A stretch of DNA of 64,000 nucleotides from assembly GCA_002938195.1 (NCBI GenBank), contig PTKX01000001.1:41878-105877 (forward strand). Reading direction: 5' to 3'. Shown in pieces: positions 9,487-20,852 of this stretch. Below the pieces are notes generated by a model. That model saw only the letters and a list, made by a program, of their open reading frames with translations, made no database searches and had not been told where the DNA came from. The position numbers and the translations under genes are program-made. The stretch comes from Alphaproteobacteria bacterium MarineAlpha5_Bin7. GTDB lineage: Bacteria > Pseudomonadota > Alphaproteobacteria > HIMB59 > GCA-002718135. Each line of letters opens with the position of its first letter. Position 1 is the first letter of the stretch.

Positions 9487-10435
9487 ATATAATTATATTT
9501 CTACAAAATTTCGTAATCATGAAATAAAAAAACTTGAGAGTGGAGCATCAAAAAGATTATTTTACAGATTATCAAAAAATTCAAAATCCTTTATAGTTAT
9601 GGATTCAAGTAATGAAAAAAAATATTATTATGATTTTTTGAAAATTCATAATTATTTATCAAAAATTAATATTCATATTCCTAAAATATTAGATCAAGAA
9701 GATGATAAAAATATTCTAATATTAGAAGATCTAGGAGATCAAAGATTTGATAAAGTACTTAATAAATACGATATATATACTTTATTAAAAAGTGCAGTAG
9801 ACTCTCTTATTTTAATCAATAACAAAGAAGATAAAACATTTCTGCAAACGCTAGAAAAATATAATTATGATACTTTTTCTCTAGAAATAAATGAATTAAC
9901 CGAATATTTTTTTCCATATAAAAAAATTGATAGTTTATTGATAAGTGATTTTAATACAGTATGGCAAGAAACTTTCAATAGTTTTAATTTTGAGTTTAAT
10001 GCATTTGTTCATAAAGATTTTGAGCTTATAAATCTAATTTATTTACCAAATTGTAAAGATCATTTGCGATGTGGTATTATAGATTTTCAAAGTGCCTTCC
10101 GAGGGTTTGCTGGATGGGATCTTTTTTCTTTATTAGAAGACTCTAGAATTTATTTTACTAGAAAATATAATGAAATCTTAATTAGACACTACTATGATAA
10201 TACTTCTCAAAATTTGAATTTTGAAATATTTAGGCAACAATATTATTTTTTTAATTTAGCTCGTCATACTCGTCTTCTTGGGCGATGGATAAAATTTTCT
10301 ATTATAAATAATAATCATAATTACTTAAAATATATAGATTCTACACGCAAAAGAATGAGTATAAGTTTAAAAAATTTAAATAACAAACCTCTAAATAACT
10401 TATACAATCAAATATTGGTTAATTTTAATGATTAA
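9473..10435 (+). CDS. Aminoglycoside-phosphotransferase-fold kinase, AmgK-like (anomeric MurNAc/GlcNAc kinase candidate)
   Basis: 320 aa with an APH-type catalytic region (VHKDFELINLIY...GIIDFQSA). It sits between tsaE and a sugar-1-P nucleotidyltransferase, as in the alphaproteobacterial tsaE-amgK-murU arrangement. Confidence 0.55.
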   Translation: MSIDRYNYISTKFRNHEIKKLESGASKRLFYRLSKNSKSFIVMDSSNEKKYYYDFLKIHNYLSKINIHIPKILDQEDDKNILILEDLGDQRFDKVLNKYDIYTLLKSAVDSLILINNKEDKTFLQTLEKYNYDTFSLEINELTEYFFPYKKIDSLLISDFNTVWQETFNSFNFEFNAFVHKDFELINLIYLPNCKDHLRCGIIDFQSAFRGFAGWDLFSLLEDSRIYFTRKYNEILIRHYYDNTSQNLNFEIFRQQYYFFNLARHTRLLGRWIKFSIINNNHNYLKYIDSTRKRMSISLKNLNNKPLNNLYNQILVNFND

Positions 10436-11132
10436 TTTTTCTCTTATGATTTTAGCAGCTGGTTTTGGAAAGCGTATGAAAAGTCTAACTGAAAATACAC
10501 CTAAGCCGCTTCTAAAAGTGCATAATAAAACTCTTTTAGGGAATACAATTGATTTTTTTGAGAAACTTGGTTGTAATCATTTTGTGATCAATACTCATTA
10601 TCTGCATAAGAAGTTAAAAGATTATTTAAATGAAAACTATTCAAAAAAAAATATAAATATAATTTTTGAGCCACATATATTAGACACAGGTGGAGGAGTT
10701 AAAAATGCAATTAAATTTTTTGATAAAAAAAATTTTCTAGTAACAAATGCTGATATTCTATGGAAAGATAACAATGCTAATGATGTTAAAGTTTTTATTG
10801 ATAATATAAACCATATACAAAATTGTTGTTTACTTTTATCAAAAAAAACAAAAACAATTGGTATAACCAAAAGAAATGGAGATTTTGCATTTGCAAAAAA
10901 AAATATAAGACGATGGAAAATTAATGATCCTTTAATTTTTTATTCAGGATTGCAAATTATAAACCCAGTAATTTTTGAAAATTATAGTATTGAAAAATTT
11001 TCAATTAATGAAATTTGGGATGAATTGATAATCAAAAAAAAACTAGAAGGATGTATTATGAATTCTAATTTATTCCATTTAGGAGATATAAACACTTATA
11101 ATACGATTAAAGATAATTTGACCCTTGATTAA
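10428..11132 (+). CDS. Sugar-1-phosphate nucleotidyltransferase, MurU-like
   Basis: N-terminal LAAGFGKRM signature of NTP-transferase-fold enzymes. 234 aa. Overlaps the preceding kinase gene by 8 nt. Confidence 0.6.
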   Translation: MINFSLMILAAGFGKRMKSLTENTPKPLLKVHNKTLLGNTIDFFEKLGCNHFVINTHYLHKKLKDYLNENYSKKNINIIFEPHILDTGGGVKNAIKFFDKKNFLVTNADILWKDNNANDVKVFIDNINHIQNCCLLLSKKTKTIGITKRNGDFAFAKKNIRRWKINDPLIFYSGLQIINPVIFENYSIEKFSINEIWDELIIKKKLEGCIMNSNLFHLGDINTYNTIKDNLTLD

Positions 11133-11158
11133 AACTAAAGAATGATTATCTCTTGCAT

Positions 11159-11485
11159 ATGAGCACCTTTTCAACAAATGACAACAACTTTGAAAATGAT
11201 ATATCAAAATCGCCACTTCCTGTTTTAGTTGATTTTTGGGCTGAGTGGTGCGGTCCGTGTAAACAGATCACACCAATTTTGGAAGAAATTGCGGAAGAAA
11301 AAAAAGATAAATTAAAAATCTATAAACTTAATATAGATGAGAATCCTGATACACCTCAAAAATTTAATGTTAGAGGCATCCCCACTTTACTTCTTTTTAA
11401 GGAGGGAAAACTTGTAGACTCAAAAGTAGGCAGCCTTCCTAAATCTGCACTATTAGAATGGATAGATAATTCATTATCTATATAG
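11159..11485 (+). CDS. trxA: Thioredoxin
   Basis: WAEWCGPCK active site, ~108 aa from the ATG at 11159. The track's TTG at 11153 is 2 codons upstream. Confidence 0.9.
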   Translation: MSTFSTNDNNFENDISKSPLPVLVDFWAEWCGPCKQITPILEEIAEEKKDKLKIYKLNIDENPDTPQKFNVRGIPTLLLFKEGKLVDSKVGSLPKSALLEWIDNSLSI

Positions 11486-12739
11486 GTCTTTAATTTTACC
11501 TAATAGATATAATGAACCAGATATTACTATTTCATCTGGTTTTATTATTTTTTTTAAAAAAACATTGGCCTGATGGATATTCTTTTTTTCAATACATATT
11601 ATATTAATGTTTTTACATACATTGGCAATCTCATTTGTTAGATATGAATTTTTTTCATTTGGTATTTCTAATGCAATAACTCCTTTGAAAATATTTTTAA
11701 TGTTAATTAAATAATTTTTTAGATCTTTATTTTTTAACATTCCAATTATTAACCATCTGTTTTTATTATGATTATTAAAAAAATTGAATAGTTGTTCTGC
11801 TCCTCCAACATTATGAGCTCCATCTAAAAAAACTGGTATGTTATTTAAATATCTCTTTTCTAATCTACATGGAAAATTAGTTTTTCTTAGACCTTTATTG
11901 ATTAAATTATTAGTAATTTTATAACCGATTTTTTTTATTTCTAAGCTTGCACAAATAGCAGTAGCAGCATTCTCAATTTGATGATTACCTTTTAAATTTG
12001 GATTTGTATAACAATAAAATTTATTGTCGTATTTTATTTGAAAATATTTAGAAGTAGTTTTTTTTATATTAAAACTTTCTCCAAAAATTTTTTTTTTATT
12101 AACGGTATTTTTTAACCTTTTTTTTATATATTTTCTTACTTTTATTTTTTGTTTAGAAACGATAATTGTACTTGTTGGTTTAATTATTCCTAATTTTTCA
12201 TTTGTGATTTTATTTATATTACTACCTAAAAATTCTTTATGATCTATGCTAATTGGAGTAATTATATCTAAAATACTTTTACTTATTACATTGGTAGCAT
12301 CAAGTCTGCCACCAAGGCCTGTTTCTAAAACTAAAAAATCTGCCTTTTCTTTTGCAAATATTAAAAAAGCAGCAGCAGTTGTGATTTCGAAAAAAGTAAT
12401 TGGTTGATTTGAATTTATTCTCTGAACATATTTTATTAGATTATATAATCTATACTTACTAATTTGTTTATTGGAAATAGTAATTCGTTCTTCAAAACAT
12501 TTTAAATGAGGAGAGATGTATGAATGAACTAAAAAATTATTTTCCTTCAATATGCTTGTGATAAATGCGAGTGTTGATCCTTTTCCATTTGTTCCCGCTA
12601 TATGTATTGTAGGAGGTAAAAACAAATGAGGATTGTCCAGTTTATCTAGTAATTTATTTAACCTTCCTAAAGATAAGTCTATGTATTTTGGGTGTAACTT
12701 TGTAAGTTGATCCAGCAACTTTATAAGTTTTGATGACAT
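11474..12739 (-). CDS. folC: Folylpolyglutamate synthase / dihydrofolate synthase
   Basis: GTNGKGST P-loop and Mur-ligase-like layout. 421 aa. Directly follows accD. Confidence 0.85.
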   Translation of the reverse strand: MSSKLIKLLDQLTKLHPKYIDLSLGRLNKLLDKLDNPHLFLPPTIHIAGTNGKGSTLAFITSILKENNFLVHSYISPHLKCFEERITISNKQISKYRLYNLIKYVQRINSNQPITFFEITTAAAFLIFAKEKADFLVLETGLGGRLDATNVISKSILDIITPISIDHKEFLGSNINKITNEKLGIIKPTSTIIVSKQKIKVRKYIKKRLKNTVNKKKIFGESFNIKKTTSKYFQIKYDNKFYCYTNPNLKGNHQIENAATAICASLEIKKIGYKITNNLINKGLRKTNFPCRLEKRYLNNIPVFLDGAHNVGGAEQLFNFFNNHNKNRWLIIGMLKNKDLKNYLINIKNIFKGVIALEIPNEKNSYLTNEIANVCKNINIICIEKKNIHQANVFLKKIIKPDEIVISGSLYLLGKIKDLYR

Positions 12740-13588
12740 TTAATCTTTACAAATATGATTTAAGATACCTGCTATATTTTTTTTTAATTCTTTTCTGTGT
12801 GAAACAATATCAACCATCCCATGTTCATGCAAATATTCTGCTTTTTGAAAATCAATTGGAAGCTCTTCTCTAATAGTATCTTGTATTACTCTTTTTCCAG
12901 CAAATCCAATTGTGGCACCTTTTTCTGCAATTGTAATATCTCCTAACATTGCGAAGGATGCAGTTACACCTCCTGTGGTTGGGTCAGTAAGCACCACTAT
13001 ATAAGGAATTTTATTCTTATTTAACAGACCAATTGCTGCAACAGTTCTTGGCATTTGCATCAGACTTATAATTCCTTCTTGCATTCTGGCTCCACCAGAA
13101 CAAGTGAACAAAATATAAGGACATTTATTTGATATTGCTTCTTTAGCACCTTTTACTATTCCTCCTCCAACTGCTCTACCCATAGAGCCCCCCATAAAAT
13201 CGAAATTCATCAATCCAGCTATAATAGTTTTGTTGCTAATCTCTGCTTTTCCTAAAATAAAAGCATCATTAAATGTAGTTTTTTTTCTATATTCTTTTAG
13301 TCTATCTTTATATTTTTTAGTATCTACAAATGATAAAGGATCGTCATTGATATTCTCTAGATCAATTCTTTTAAAAGATTCTTTACCAAATAAAACTTCT
13401 ATTCTTCTTTCTATAGACATGCGAAAATGATAATCGCACTTATTACAAACATCATAATTTTCAAATAAGTCTTTATGATGCAACATATTTGCACAATTAG
13501 GACAATTGCGCCATAGATTATCAGGAACACTTTTTCTACTAACAAGCGCGCTTAATTTGGGTTTAACAAAATTAGTAAGCCAATTCAT
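12740..13588 (-). CDS. accD: Acetyl-CoA carboxylase carboxyltransferase beta subunit
   Basis: N-terminal Zn ribbon (CPNC...CNKC) plus a carboxyltransferase domain (GGSMGRAVG, GGARMQEG). Confidence 0.95.
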   Translation of the reverse strand: MNWLTNFVKPKLSALVSRKSVPDNLWRNCPNCANMLHHKDLFENYDVCNKCDYHFRMSIERRIEVLFGKESFKRIDLENINDDPLSFVDTKKYKDRLKEYRKKTTFNDAFILGKAEISNKTIIAGLMNFDFMGGSMGRAVGGGIVKGAKEAISNKCPYILFTCSGGARMQEGIISLMQMPRTVAAIGLLNKNKIPYIVVLTDPTTGGVTASFAMLGDITIAEKGATIGFAGKRVIQDTIREELPIDFQKAEYLHEHGMVDIVSHRKELKKNIAGILNHICKD

Positions 13589-14382
13589 ATTTTAGTTCCT
13601 TGTTTTAATTTTTTAACAAATTCTGAAACAAGTTTAATTATTTTAGATTTATTATTCAAATTTTCTTCAATAATTTTTACTAAAGAAGAGCCTACAACAG
13701 CGCCATCACAAATTTTACATATTTCAGATACTTGTTTTTCATCTTTTATACCAAATCCAGAAACTATTGGTAGATTTGTTTTTTTATTAATTTTTTCTAT
13801 TGATAATTTTAACTCGTTTATATTTGCAGAATGTTGTCCTGTAATTCCAGTAATGGTAACATAATATAAAAACCCAGAAGAATTTTCTAATATTTTTTCT
13901 AATCTTTTATTATCTGTTGTTGGCGTGACAAGTCTAATTAAATCTAATTCAGTTTCATTCAATGCATTTAACAAATCTTTATCTTCTTCAGGTTGTAAAT
14001 CTACTACTATTAAACCATCTATGCCATTATTTTTACATTCTTCAACGAATCTGTTTACTCCATAACTAAATATCACGTTATAATATCCCATAAGAATAAT
14101 AGGTATATTGTCATTTTTTTTTCTAATATTCTTGCAAATTAAAAATATTTTATCCAGATCTATATTTTGTTTTATAGCTCTATTGCTAGATAATTGAATT
14201 GTAGGACCATCTGCCATAGGGTCAGAAAAGGGCATTCCTATTTCAATAATATCTGCACCGCCTGAAATAATAGCACTTAGAATATTTTCTGAAGTGTCGA
14301 TATCTGGATCGCCACCAGTAACAAACGTCACTAATTTTTTATCACTATTTGAAAAGGTTTTTGTTATTCGTAAACTCATCAA
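13585..14382 (-). CDS. trpA: Tryptophan synthase alpha chain
   Basis: [18 protein letters not shown] motif. 265 aa. 4-nt overlap with trpB. Confidence 0.93.
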   Translation of the reverse strand: MMSLRITKTFSNSDKKLVTFVTGGDPDIDTSENILSAIISGGADIIEIGMPFSDPMADGPTIQLSSNRAIKQNIDLDKIFLICKNIRKKNDNIPIILMGYYNVIFSYGVNRFVEECKNNGIDGLIVVDLQPEEDKDLLNALNETELDLIRLVTPTTDNKRLEKILENSSGFLYYVTITGITGQHSANINELKLSIEKINKKTNLPIVSGFGIKDEKQVSEICKICDGAVVGSSLVKIIEENLNNKSKIIKLVSEFVKKLKQGTKI

Positions 14383-15590
14383 ATATTTATATTGAGTGCT
14401 TTAGCGACAGTAAATATATCTTTATCCCCTCTACCACACATATTCATAATAACTATTTCCTGCGAATTCATTTTTGGAGCTATTTTTTTTAAAGCAGCTA
14501 AAGCGTGAGAAGGTTCAAGAGCTGGGATAATGCCTTCAAGTTTGCAACAGTATTGAAAAGCCTCCAGCGCTTCACTATCAGTAGCTGATGTATATTTTAC
14601 TCTTTTTTCATCATATAAAAAAGAGTGCTCAGGTCCTATACCAGGATAATCTAATCCGGCAGAGATAGAGTGAGCCTCTTTTATTTGCCCAGTTTTTGAT
14701 TGTAATAAATATGTTTTGTTTCCATGAAGTATACCAGGTTTGCCACCTGTTAAACTTGCAGCATGTTTTTCTGAGTCTAAACCGTGACCAGCAGCCTCTA
14801 CTGCTAACATTTTAACATTTTCATCATCCAAAAACTCATGAAACAGCCCTATAGCATTTGATCCTCCACCAATACATGCAACTAATAAATCAGGTAATCT
14901 ATTTTCAGCATCAATAATCTGTTTTTTAGCTTCTTTTCCTATAACAGATTGAAAATCTCTAACCATTGATGGGTATGGATGTGGTCCTGCTACAGTCCCA
15001 ATTATATAAAAAGTGTCTTTAACATTTGTAACCCAATCTCTTAGAGCTTCATTCATTGCGTCCTTTAAAGATTTTGAACCACTTGAAACACTTTTTATTT
15101 CTGCACCCAATAATTTCATTCTAAAAACATTTGGAGATTGTCTTTCAATATCTTTTTCACCCATATAAATTACACAAGGTAAATTAAATAGTGCACATAC
15201 AGTTGCAGTTGCAACACCATGCTGGCCAGCTCCTGTTTCAGCAATAATTCTTTTTTTTCCCATCTTTTTAGCAAGTAGTATTTGACCTATACAATTATTA
15301 ATTTTATGCGCTCCTGTATGATTTAGTTCATCTCGTTTAAAATAAATTTTAGGCCCTTTTAAATCCTCAGTAATCCTCTTGGCGTAGAATAGAGGACTAG
15401 GTCTGCCAACAAATTTCTCTAAATAATATTCAAATTCCTTATTAAAAGAATGATCATTTTTTATTTTATTGTATTCATTCTCCACCTCAATAACTAAAGG
15501 CATTAGTGTTTCTGCAACATATCTGCCACCAAATTGTCCAAAATAACCTCTGTCATCAGGCAATTGTTTATAAGAATTTTTTTTATTCAT
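14379..15590 (-). CDS. trpB: Tryptophan synthase beta chain
   Basis: [14 protein letters not shown]-lysine motif and GGGSNAIG. 403 aa. Confidence 0.97.
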   Translation of the reverse strand: MNKKNSYKQLPDDRGYFGQFGGRYVAETLMPLVIEVENEYNKIKNDHSFNKEFEYYLEKFVGRPSPLFYAKRITEDLKGPKIYFKRDELNHTGAHKINNCIGQILLAKKMGKKRIIAETGAGQHGVATATVCALFNLPCVIYMGEKDIERQSPNVFRMKLLGAEIKSVSSGSKSLKDAMNEALRDWVTNVKDTFYIIGTVAGPHPYPSMVRDFQSVIGKEAKKQIIDAENRLPDLLVACIGGGSNAIGLFHEFLDDENVKMLAVEAAGHGLDSEKHAASLTGGKPGILHGNKTYLLQSKTGQIKEAHSISAGLDYPGIGPEHSFLYDEKRVKYTSATDSEALEAFQYCCKLEGIIPALEPSHALAALKKIAPKMNSQEIVIMNMCGRGDKDIFTVAKALNINI

Positions 15591-16221
15591 AATATTTATT
15601 GAATAATGAATTAATCATATTATTATTCTTTATTCCGGGCGACTCTTCTACACCTGAAGATAAGTCAATACCATCAGGATTTGCAAAATCTTTAATTTTA
15701 TTTACATTTTCTTCATTTATTCCACCCGAAATAAACCAAGGTTTTGTTGTTTTTAAATTTTTTAGTATAGTCCAATCAAACTGCTGTGCATTACCCCCAG
15801 GTAGTTCATTTTTTCTAGGCTTATGGTCTAAAAGGAAATAATCAACATTATTAAATTTTTCTAATTTTTTTAAATCTTCTTTCATGCTTATAGCAATATT
15901 TTTAAAAATTCTTATCTCTAAAAATTGTTTTAAATTATTAACAAATTCATCATTTTCATTTCCATGTAATTGAACATTCTTTAAGTTCAACTTTTTTGTT
16001 ATATCAATTATATTTTCTATATTTTCATTGACAAAAACTCCAACAGGTTCAATTTTTTTTCCTAAACTATGTTGAACTAATTTTTTAGATTCTGAAAAAG
16101 AAATATTTCTTGGACTTTTTTTATAAAAAATCATTCCAAAATAATCTACACTGTTTTTCTCACAACAGTCTATTGTCGATGTATCTTTTAAACCACAAAT
16201 TTTAAATTTCACTTTAACCAA
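15583..16221 (-). CDS. trpF: Phosphoribosylanthranilate isomerase
   Basis: KICGL N-terminus, ~212 aa, position upstream of trpBA. Confidence 0.85.
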   Translation of the reverse strand: MVKVKFKICGLKDTSTIDCCEKNSVDYFGMIFYKKSPRNISFSESKKLVQHSLGKKIEPVGVFVNENIENIIDITKKLNLKNVQLHGNENDEFVNNLKQFLEIRIFKNIAISMKEDLKKLEKFNNVDYFLLDHKPRKNELPGGNAQQFDWTILKNLKTTKPWFISGGINEENVNKIKDFANPDGIDLSSGVEESPGIKNNNMINSLFNKYYE

Positions 16222-16903
16222 TCGATTTGTTAATTTGTAAAACAGTTTTTAAAGGATCTTTAGATTTAGTGATAGGCCTTCCAATTACTAAATAATTTGC
16301 CCCTAAATTAATAGCTTCTCTTGGAGTAATATACCTTTTTTGATCATCTTTTTTATCAAAATAATTATCTGGTCTTATGCCAGGCACAACAATAATGAAA
16401 TTTTTACCAGCAATTTTTCTAACACGTTTTATTTCATGTGGACTACAAACTGCTCCATCAAGCCTATTTTTAATTGCATTTTTCACAAATTTTCCAACTA
16501 AATTTTCTATATTATTCTCATTATAATATTTTTTTGTTTGTATAGAATCTAAACTAGTTAAAATTGAAACACCAAGAATTTTTGATTTTCTTTTTTTATT
16601 TATCACTGAAGCCCTTTGCATTTCATCTCCGCCACTAATATGGATTGTAGTTAAAGTCGGTTTAAGCTTTTCAATAGCTTTGATACCGTTTTGAACAGTA
16701 TTCGGAATATCGTGAAGTTTTAAATCAAGAAATATTTTAGGGTGAATATTTTTTAATTCCGCATATCCTTTGATTCCAAAATTGAAAAAAAATTCATATC
16801 CAATTTTAATAGCAAATATATTATCTTTTATCTTATGTACAAGATTTTTTATTTCGGTAATTCTATTACTGTCTAGAGCAACAATAATTTTCTTATTTTT
16901 CAT
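16214..16903 (-). CDS. pyrF: Orotidine-5'-phosphate decarboxylase
   Basis: FLDLKLHDIPNTV motif and VALD N-terminus. 229 aa. Confidence 0.9.
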   Translation of the reverse strand: MKNKKIIVALDSNRITEIKNLVHKIKDNIFAIKIGYEFFFNFGIKGYAELKNIHPKIFLDLKLHDIPNTVQNGIKAIEKLKPTLTTIHISGGDEMQRASVINKKRKSKILGVSILTSLDSIQTKKYYNENNIENLVGKFVKNAIKNRLDGAVCSPHEIKRVRKIAGKNFIIVVPGIRPDNYFDKKDDQKRYITPREAINLGANYLVIGRPITKSKDPLKTVLQINKSIG

Positions 16904-17195
16904 TATTAAGATAATCTTGAGTATTAATTTTTTTATGCAAAGTTTTACCTATTTTAAAATGAATTTTTTGAGTATTTGCTTTAAAAAATTTTTCATTAGT
17001 TTTTGGATTACGTACGAATTTTTCTTTGTTTAGTTTATTAGAAAGTGTGCCAAATCCTCTAATTTCAATTTTTTCTTTATTTAACAAACTTTTAAATATT
17101 TTTTTAAAGAATAGATCTACTATTTTTTCAATGTCATTTATACTTAAAGAAGGATATTTTTTATGAATTTTGAGAATTAACTCAGACTTTAACAT
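16893..17195 (-). CDS. ihfB: Integration host factor beta subunit (HU/IHF family)
   Basis: KSELI...IEIRGFGTLS...RNPKTNE pattern of IHF-beta. 100 aa. Located immediately downstream of rpsA, as in other alphaproteobacteria. Confidence 0.8.
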   Translation of the reverse strand: MLKSELILKIHKKYPSLSINDIEKIVDLFFKKIFKSLLNKEKIEIRGFGTLSNKLNKEKFVRNPKTNEKFFKANTQKIHFKIGKTLHKKINTQDYLNNEK

Positions 17196-18901
17196 TATTC
17201 AGATTTTTTTTTATTTAGAGCATCTCCTAAGATATCACCTAAAGAAGCTCCTGAATCACTAGAACCATATTTAGAGAGAACTTTCTTCTCTTCATCTATT
17301 TCAATTTCTTTAATTGATAAATTAATTTTTCGCAATTTATCATCATAAGAGATAATCATTGAGTCAATCATTTCATTAATTGCAAATCTATCAATTTTTT
17401 GTTCTAATCTTTCTTTAGCTAAATTTGTTTTTTTAATATATCCGCTAATATTTTTTTCTAACTCAATTGACAATCCTTTTTCATCGATGGATTTGATCTT
17501 ACCTGAGACTATAGATTTAATAGGGTTTTTACTAATAAATTCCTGAATCGGGTCTAGAACTAAATGTTTTATTCCTAAACTAATTCTTTCTTTATCAGTG
17601 TCAATATCAAGTATTTTGACTGAAACTTTATCACCTTTTTTATAATTATTTAATAAAGTTGAACATTCTAATTCATCCCAACTTAAATCAGAAATGTGAA
17701 CCATTCCATCAATCTCATCTAAAACCTTAACAAAAACCCCAAAGTCAACCTTATTTACAATTGTAGTTTCAATTACATCTCCAACTTTAAATGTATCTTT
17801 AATTTTTTCCCAAGGGTTTTCTTTAAGCTGTTTCAAACTAAAATAAAGTTTTCTTTTTTCATCATTGATTTCAACTAATTTGATAGTAATTTTTTCATTA
17901 GTTTGCAAAATCTTAGAAGGGTGAGGAGGTTTCTTTAACCAACTTAACTCATTTGTTTGAATAAAACCATCATATTCATTTTTAAGCGACAATGAAACAC
18001 CTAAATCAGAAGTAGCAAAAACTTCGCCTTCATAATTTTCATCGACTTTAAATAATTCATTAACTTTCTCCCAAGGATCATCTGTAAGTTGTTTTATTCC
18101 TAAACTTAATCTTGTTATTTCTTGATCAAATTTTAATATTTTAACTTTAACTTTATCTCCTAAATTTAATACGTCAGATGGATGGTTTATTTTTCTCCAT
18201 GAAATATCAGTAACATGAACTAAACCATCAATTCCACCCAAATCTATAAAAGCACCATAGTCAGTTATATTTTTTATTTTACCTTCTATAATTGAACCCT
18301 CACTAATGTTTGATAAAAGTTTTTGTCTTTGTTCTTTTAATTCAATATCGGAAATTGCTTTTCTAGAAACAACTATGTTGCCTCTATATTTATCCATTTT
18401 TAATATTAAGAAATCAAGAGGTTTGTTTAGAAGATCTTTAGTATCTGCAATTTGTCTTGGATCAATTTGACTTCCGGGCAAAAATGCAGTTACGCCTTCT
18501 AAATCAACACTCATGCCTCCTTTAACTTTATTTGTAGGAATTCCAGTTACAAAAGTTTTATTGTCAAAACTATCTTGTAACTTATTCCAAGCAGCTTGTT
18601 TAACTGCTTTTTCTCTAGATAATTTTGTTTCACCATTCAGACCATCTAGTTTATCAATAAATACTTTTATTGAATCACCTATTTGAACATCTAAATTTTG
18701 ACTTGATCTTCCAAATTCTGATATTGGAATTCTTCCTTCACTTTTTAAACCTATATCAACTATTACAACATCATTTTCTATAGCTATAACTTTTCCTTCT
18801 ACTATGCATTTTTCTTTACTTTTCTCTGAATTTAGAGATTTTGCAATTAAATCCTCATACTCGTTATTTGAAATATTATTATTCTCTAAAACTTTTGACA
18901 T
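17195..18901 (-). CDS. rpsA: 30S ribosomal protein S1
   Basis: 568 aa with six repeated S1 domains, seen as recurrent G-x-V...GAFIDLGG...GLVHVSD-type units. Confidence 0.95.
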   Translation of the reverse strand: MSKVLENNNISNNEYEDLIAKSLNSEKSKEKCIVEGKVIAIENDVVIVDIGLKSEGRIPISEFGRSSQNLDVQIGDSIKVFIDKLDGLNGETKLSREKAVKQAAWNKLQDSFDNKTFVTGIPTNKVKGGMSVDLEGVTAFLPGSQIDPRQIADTKDLLNKPLDFLILKMDKYRGNIVVSRKAISDIELKEQRQKLLSNISEGSIIEGKIKNITDYGAFIDLGGIDGLVHVTDISWRKINHPSDVLNLGDKVKVKILKFDQEITRLSLGIKQLTDDPWEKVNELFKVDENYEGEVFATSDLGVSLSLKNEYDGFIQTNELSWLKKPPHPSKILQTNEKITIKLVEINDEKRKLYFSLKQLKENPWEKIKDTFKVGDVIETTIVNKVDFGVFVKVLDEIDGMVHISDLSWDELECSTLLNNYKKGDKVSVKILDIDTDKERISLGIKHLVLDPIQEFISKNPIKSIVSGKIKSIDEKGLSIELEKNISGYIKKTNLAKERLEQKIDRFAINEMIDSMIISYDDKLRKINLSIKEIEIDEEKKVLSKYGSSDSGASLGDILGDALNKKKSE

Positions 18902-18905
18902 AAAA

Positions 18906-19538
18906 TTATAATTTTTTTTCTAAAACTTGATTGACTTGGGATATTGTATTTTTAAAATCTAAAGAATTATCAATATAGATAGCATTTATAGGAACTACTA
19001 AGGGGGATATCTCCCTTTTTTTGTCTGTTTTGTCTCTCAAAATTATGCCTTTCAAAATTCGGCTGTATATAGACTTTTCGCCTTGTTCAATCAACTGTTT
19101 ATGTCGTCTTTTTGCCCTAATTTTTGCACTTACTGTAATGAAAAGCTTTATTTTTGCATTTTTAAAAACATTAGAACCTATATCTCTACCATCTATCACG
19201 CATCCTTTATAAGATTTTAGCATATCTTTTACTATAATCTTTTGCTGATAATTAATAAAATTCCTTATTTCTTTATTTTTAGCAATTTTAGATGTGGCTT
19301 TACTGATAATTTCTGTTCTTAAATTTTTATGTTTTTTGGCAGATATATGTTTTAGATCTTTTAAAAATTTTTTTATATGATTTTTTTTGTTTATATCAAT
19401 TTTATTTTTTAAAATCAAAAAAGTTATTCTTCTATACAGCATTCCTGAATCTAGATGGTATAATTTATATTTTTTTGCAATATACTTTGCAATTTTCTCT
19501 TTCCCAGAACCTGATGGACCATCTATAGAAATAATCAA
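18906..19538 (-). CDS. cmk: Cytidylate kinase
   Basis: IISIDGPSGSGK P-loop. 210 aa. aroA-cmk-rpsA order. Confidence 0.9.
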   Translation of the reverse strand: MIISIDGPSGSGKEKIAKYIAKKYKLYHLDSGMLYRRITFLILKNKIDINKKNHIKKFLKDLKHISAKKHKNLRTEIISKATSKIAKNKEIRNFINYQQKIIVKDMLKSYKGCVIDGRDIGSNVFKNAKIKLFITVSAKIRAKRRHKQLIEQGEKSIYSRILKGIILRDKTDKKREISPLVVPINAIYIDNSLDFKNTISQVNQVLEKKL

Positions 19539-19539
19539 A

Positions 19540-20847
19540 TTATTCAGTTAAGTTTCCTCCTACCGCATTTAAATTTTGTACAAATTTTGGGAAGCTTGTT
19601 TTAATATATTCAGAATTTAAAATATTTAAATCAGTGCCCAGCCTTGTACCCATAATAGCAAAAGACATAGCTATTCTATGATCAAAATTAGTATCTATTT
19701 TATTACTTTTAAATTTACTTTTTTTTGTTGGATCGATAAATAAATTTTCTCCTTCAATTTCAGAGAATATTCCACATTTATCTAAATTATTTCTAATTAA
19801 TTCAAGTCTATTACTTTCTTTTATTTTTAATTCGCCCAATCCCTTAAATAAAGATGGTGAGCTAGCAAATGAAGCGGCAATTGATAAAATTGGATATTCA
19901 TCAATCATTAATCTTGCTATATCTTCATCTAATTCACAGCCTACTAGATCTGAACTTTTTATTTCAAGATCAGCAATTAATTCTCCATTAATAGTTCTTT
20001 TATTGTTAACTTTAATTTGCGCTCCCATCATATTTAGAGCTTTCAAAATACCATTTCTTGTAGGATTGATATTTATTCCATCAATTTTTAATAGTGAATT
20101 TTTATTGATTAAAGTTGCAACAATAAAAAAAGCAGCACTAGATAAATCTGAAGGTACAAATATATTTTTTGAATATAATTCTTTTTGTCCATTTATATAA
20201 ATATGGTTTTCATTTTCTATTTTTTTTATATCTATATCCGCGCCAAAAGATTCAAGCATAATTTCTGTGTGATTTCTTGTAATATTTCTTTCAATTATTT
20301 TATTTGTTCCTTCAATATTTAAAGAAGCTAACATTAATCCAGATTTTACTTGCGCTGAAGGTAATGCAAGATCGTAATTAATATTTCTAAGTTTAGTTCC
20401 AAATATCTCTAATGGTAGTTTACTGTCATTGCTTTTAAAGCTAGCACCTACTTTTTCTAAAGGTTGAATAATTCTATCCATTGGTCTCTTTGACAATGAA
20501 ATATCTCCGATTAATATTGAATTAAAATTTTGAGAAGACAGAAGTCCCGTTAACAACCTTGCTGTGGTTCCAGAATTACCCAAGTTAATTTCAGATGTTG
20601 GGGAAGTTAGAGAATTTAGCCCTTTACCTTCAATTAATAATTTATTGTTATTTTTAATTATTTTCACACCCATGGCTCTAAAAGCATTCATGGTATTCAT
20701 TACATCTTCAGATAATAAAATATTATCAATTTCTGTAAATCCATTTGAAATAGAAGGTATAATTATTGATCTATGAGAGATTGATTTATCTCCAGGAATA
20801 TTAACGTTTCCATTAATTCCTCCTGAAATTTTAGAACTAGTTAGCAT
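19540..20847 (-). CDS. aroA: 3-phosphoshikimate 1-carboxyvinyltransferase (EPSP synthase)
   Basis: PGDKSISHR and LGNSGTTARLL motifs. 435 aa. Confidence 0.95.
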   Translation of the reverse strand: MLTSSKISGGINGNVNIPGDKSISHRSIIIPSISNGFTEIDNILLSEDVMNTMNAFRAMGVKIIKNNNKLLIEGKGLNSLTSPTSEINLGNSGTTARLLTGLLSSQNFNSILIGDISLSKRPMDRIIQPLEKVGASFKSNDSKLPLEIFGTKLRNINYDLALPSAQVKSGLMLASLNIEGTNKIIERNITRNHTEIMLESFGADIDIKKIENENHIYINGQKELYSKNIFVPSDLSSAAFFIVATLINKNSLLKIDGININPTRNGILKALNMMGAQIKVNNKRTINGELIADLEIKSSDLVGCELDEDIARLMIDEYPILSIAASFASSPSLFKGLGELKIKESNRLELIRNNLDKCGIFSEIEGENLFIDPTKKSKFKSNKIDTNFDHRIAMSFAIMGTRLGTDLNILNSEYIKTSFPKFVQNLNAVGGNLTE

Positions 20848-20852
20848 AAAGA

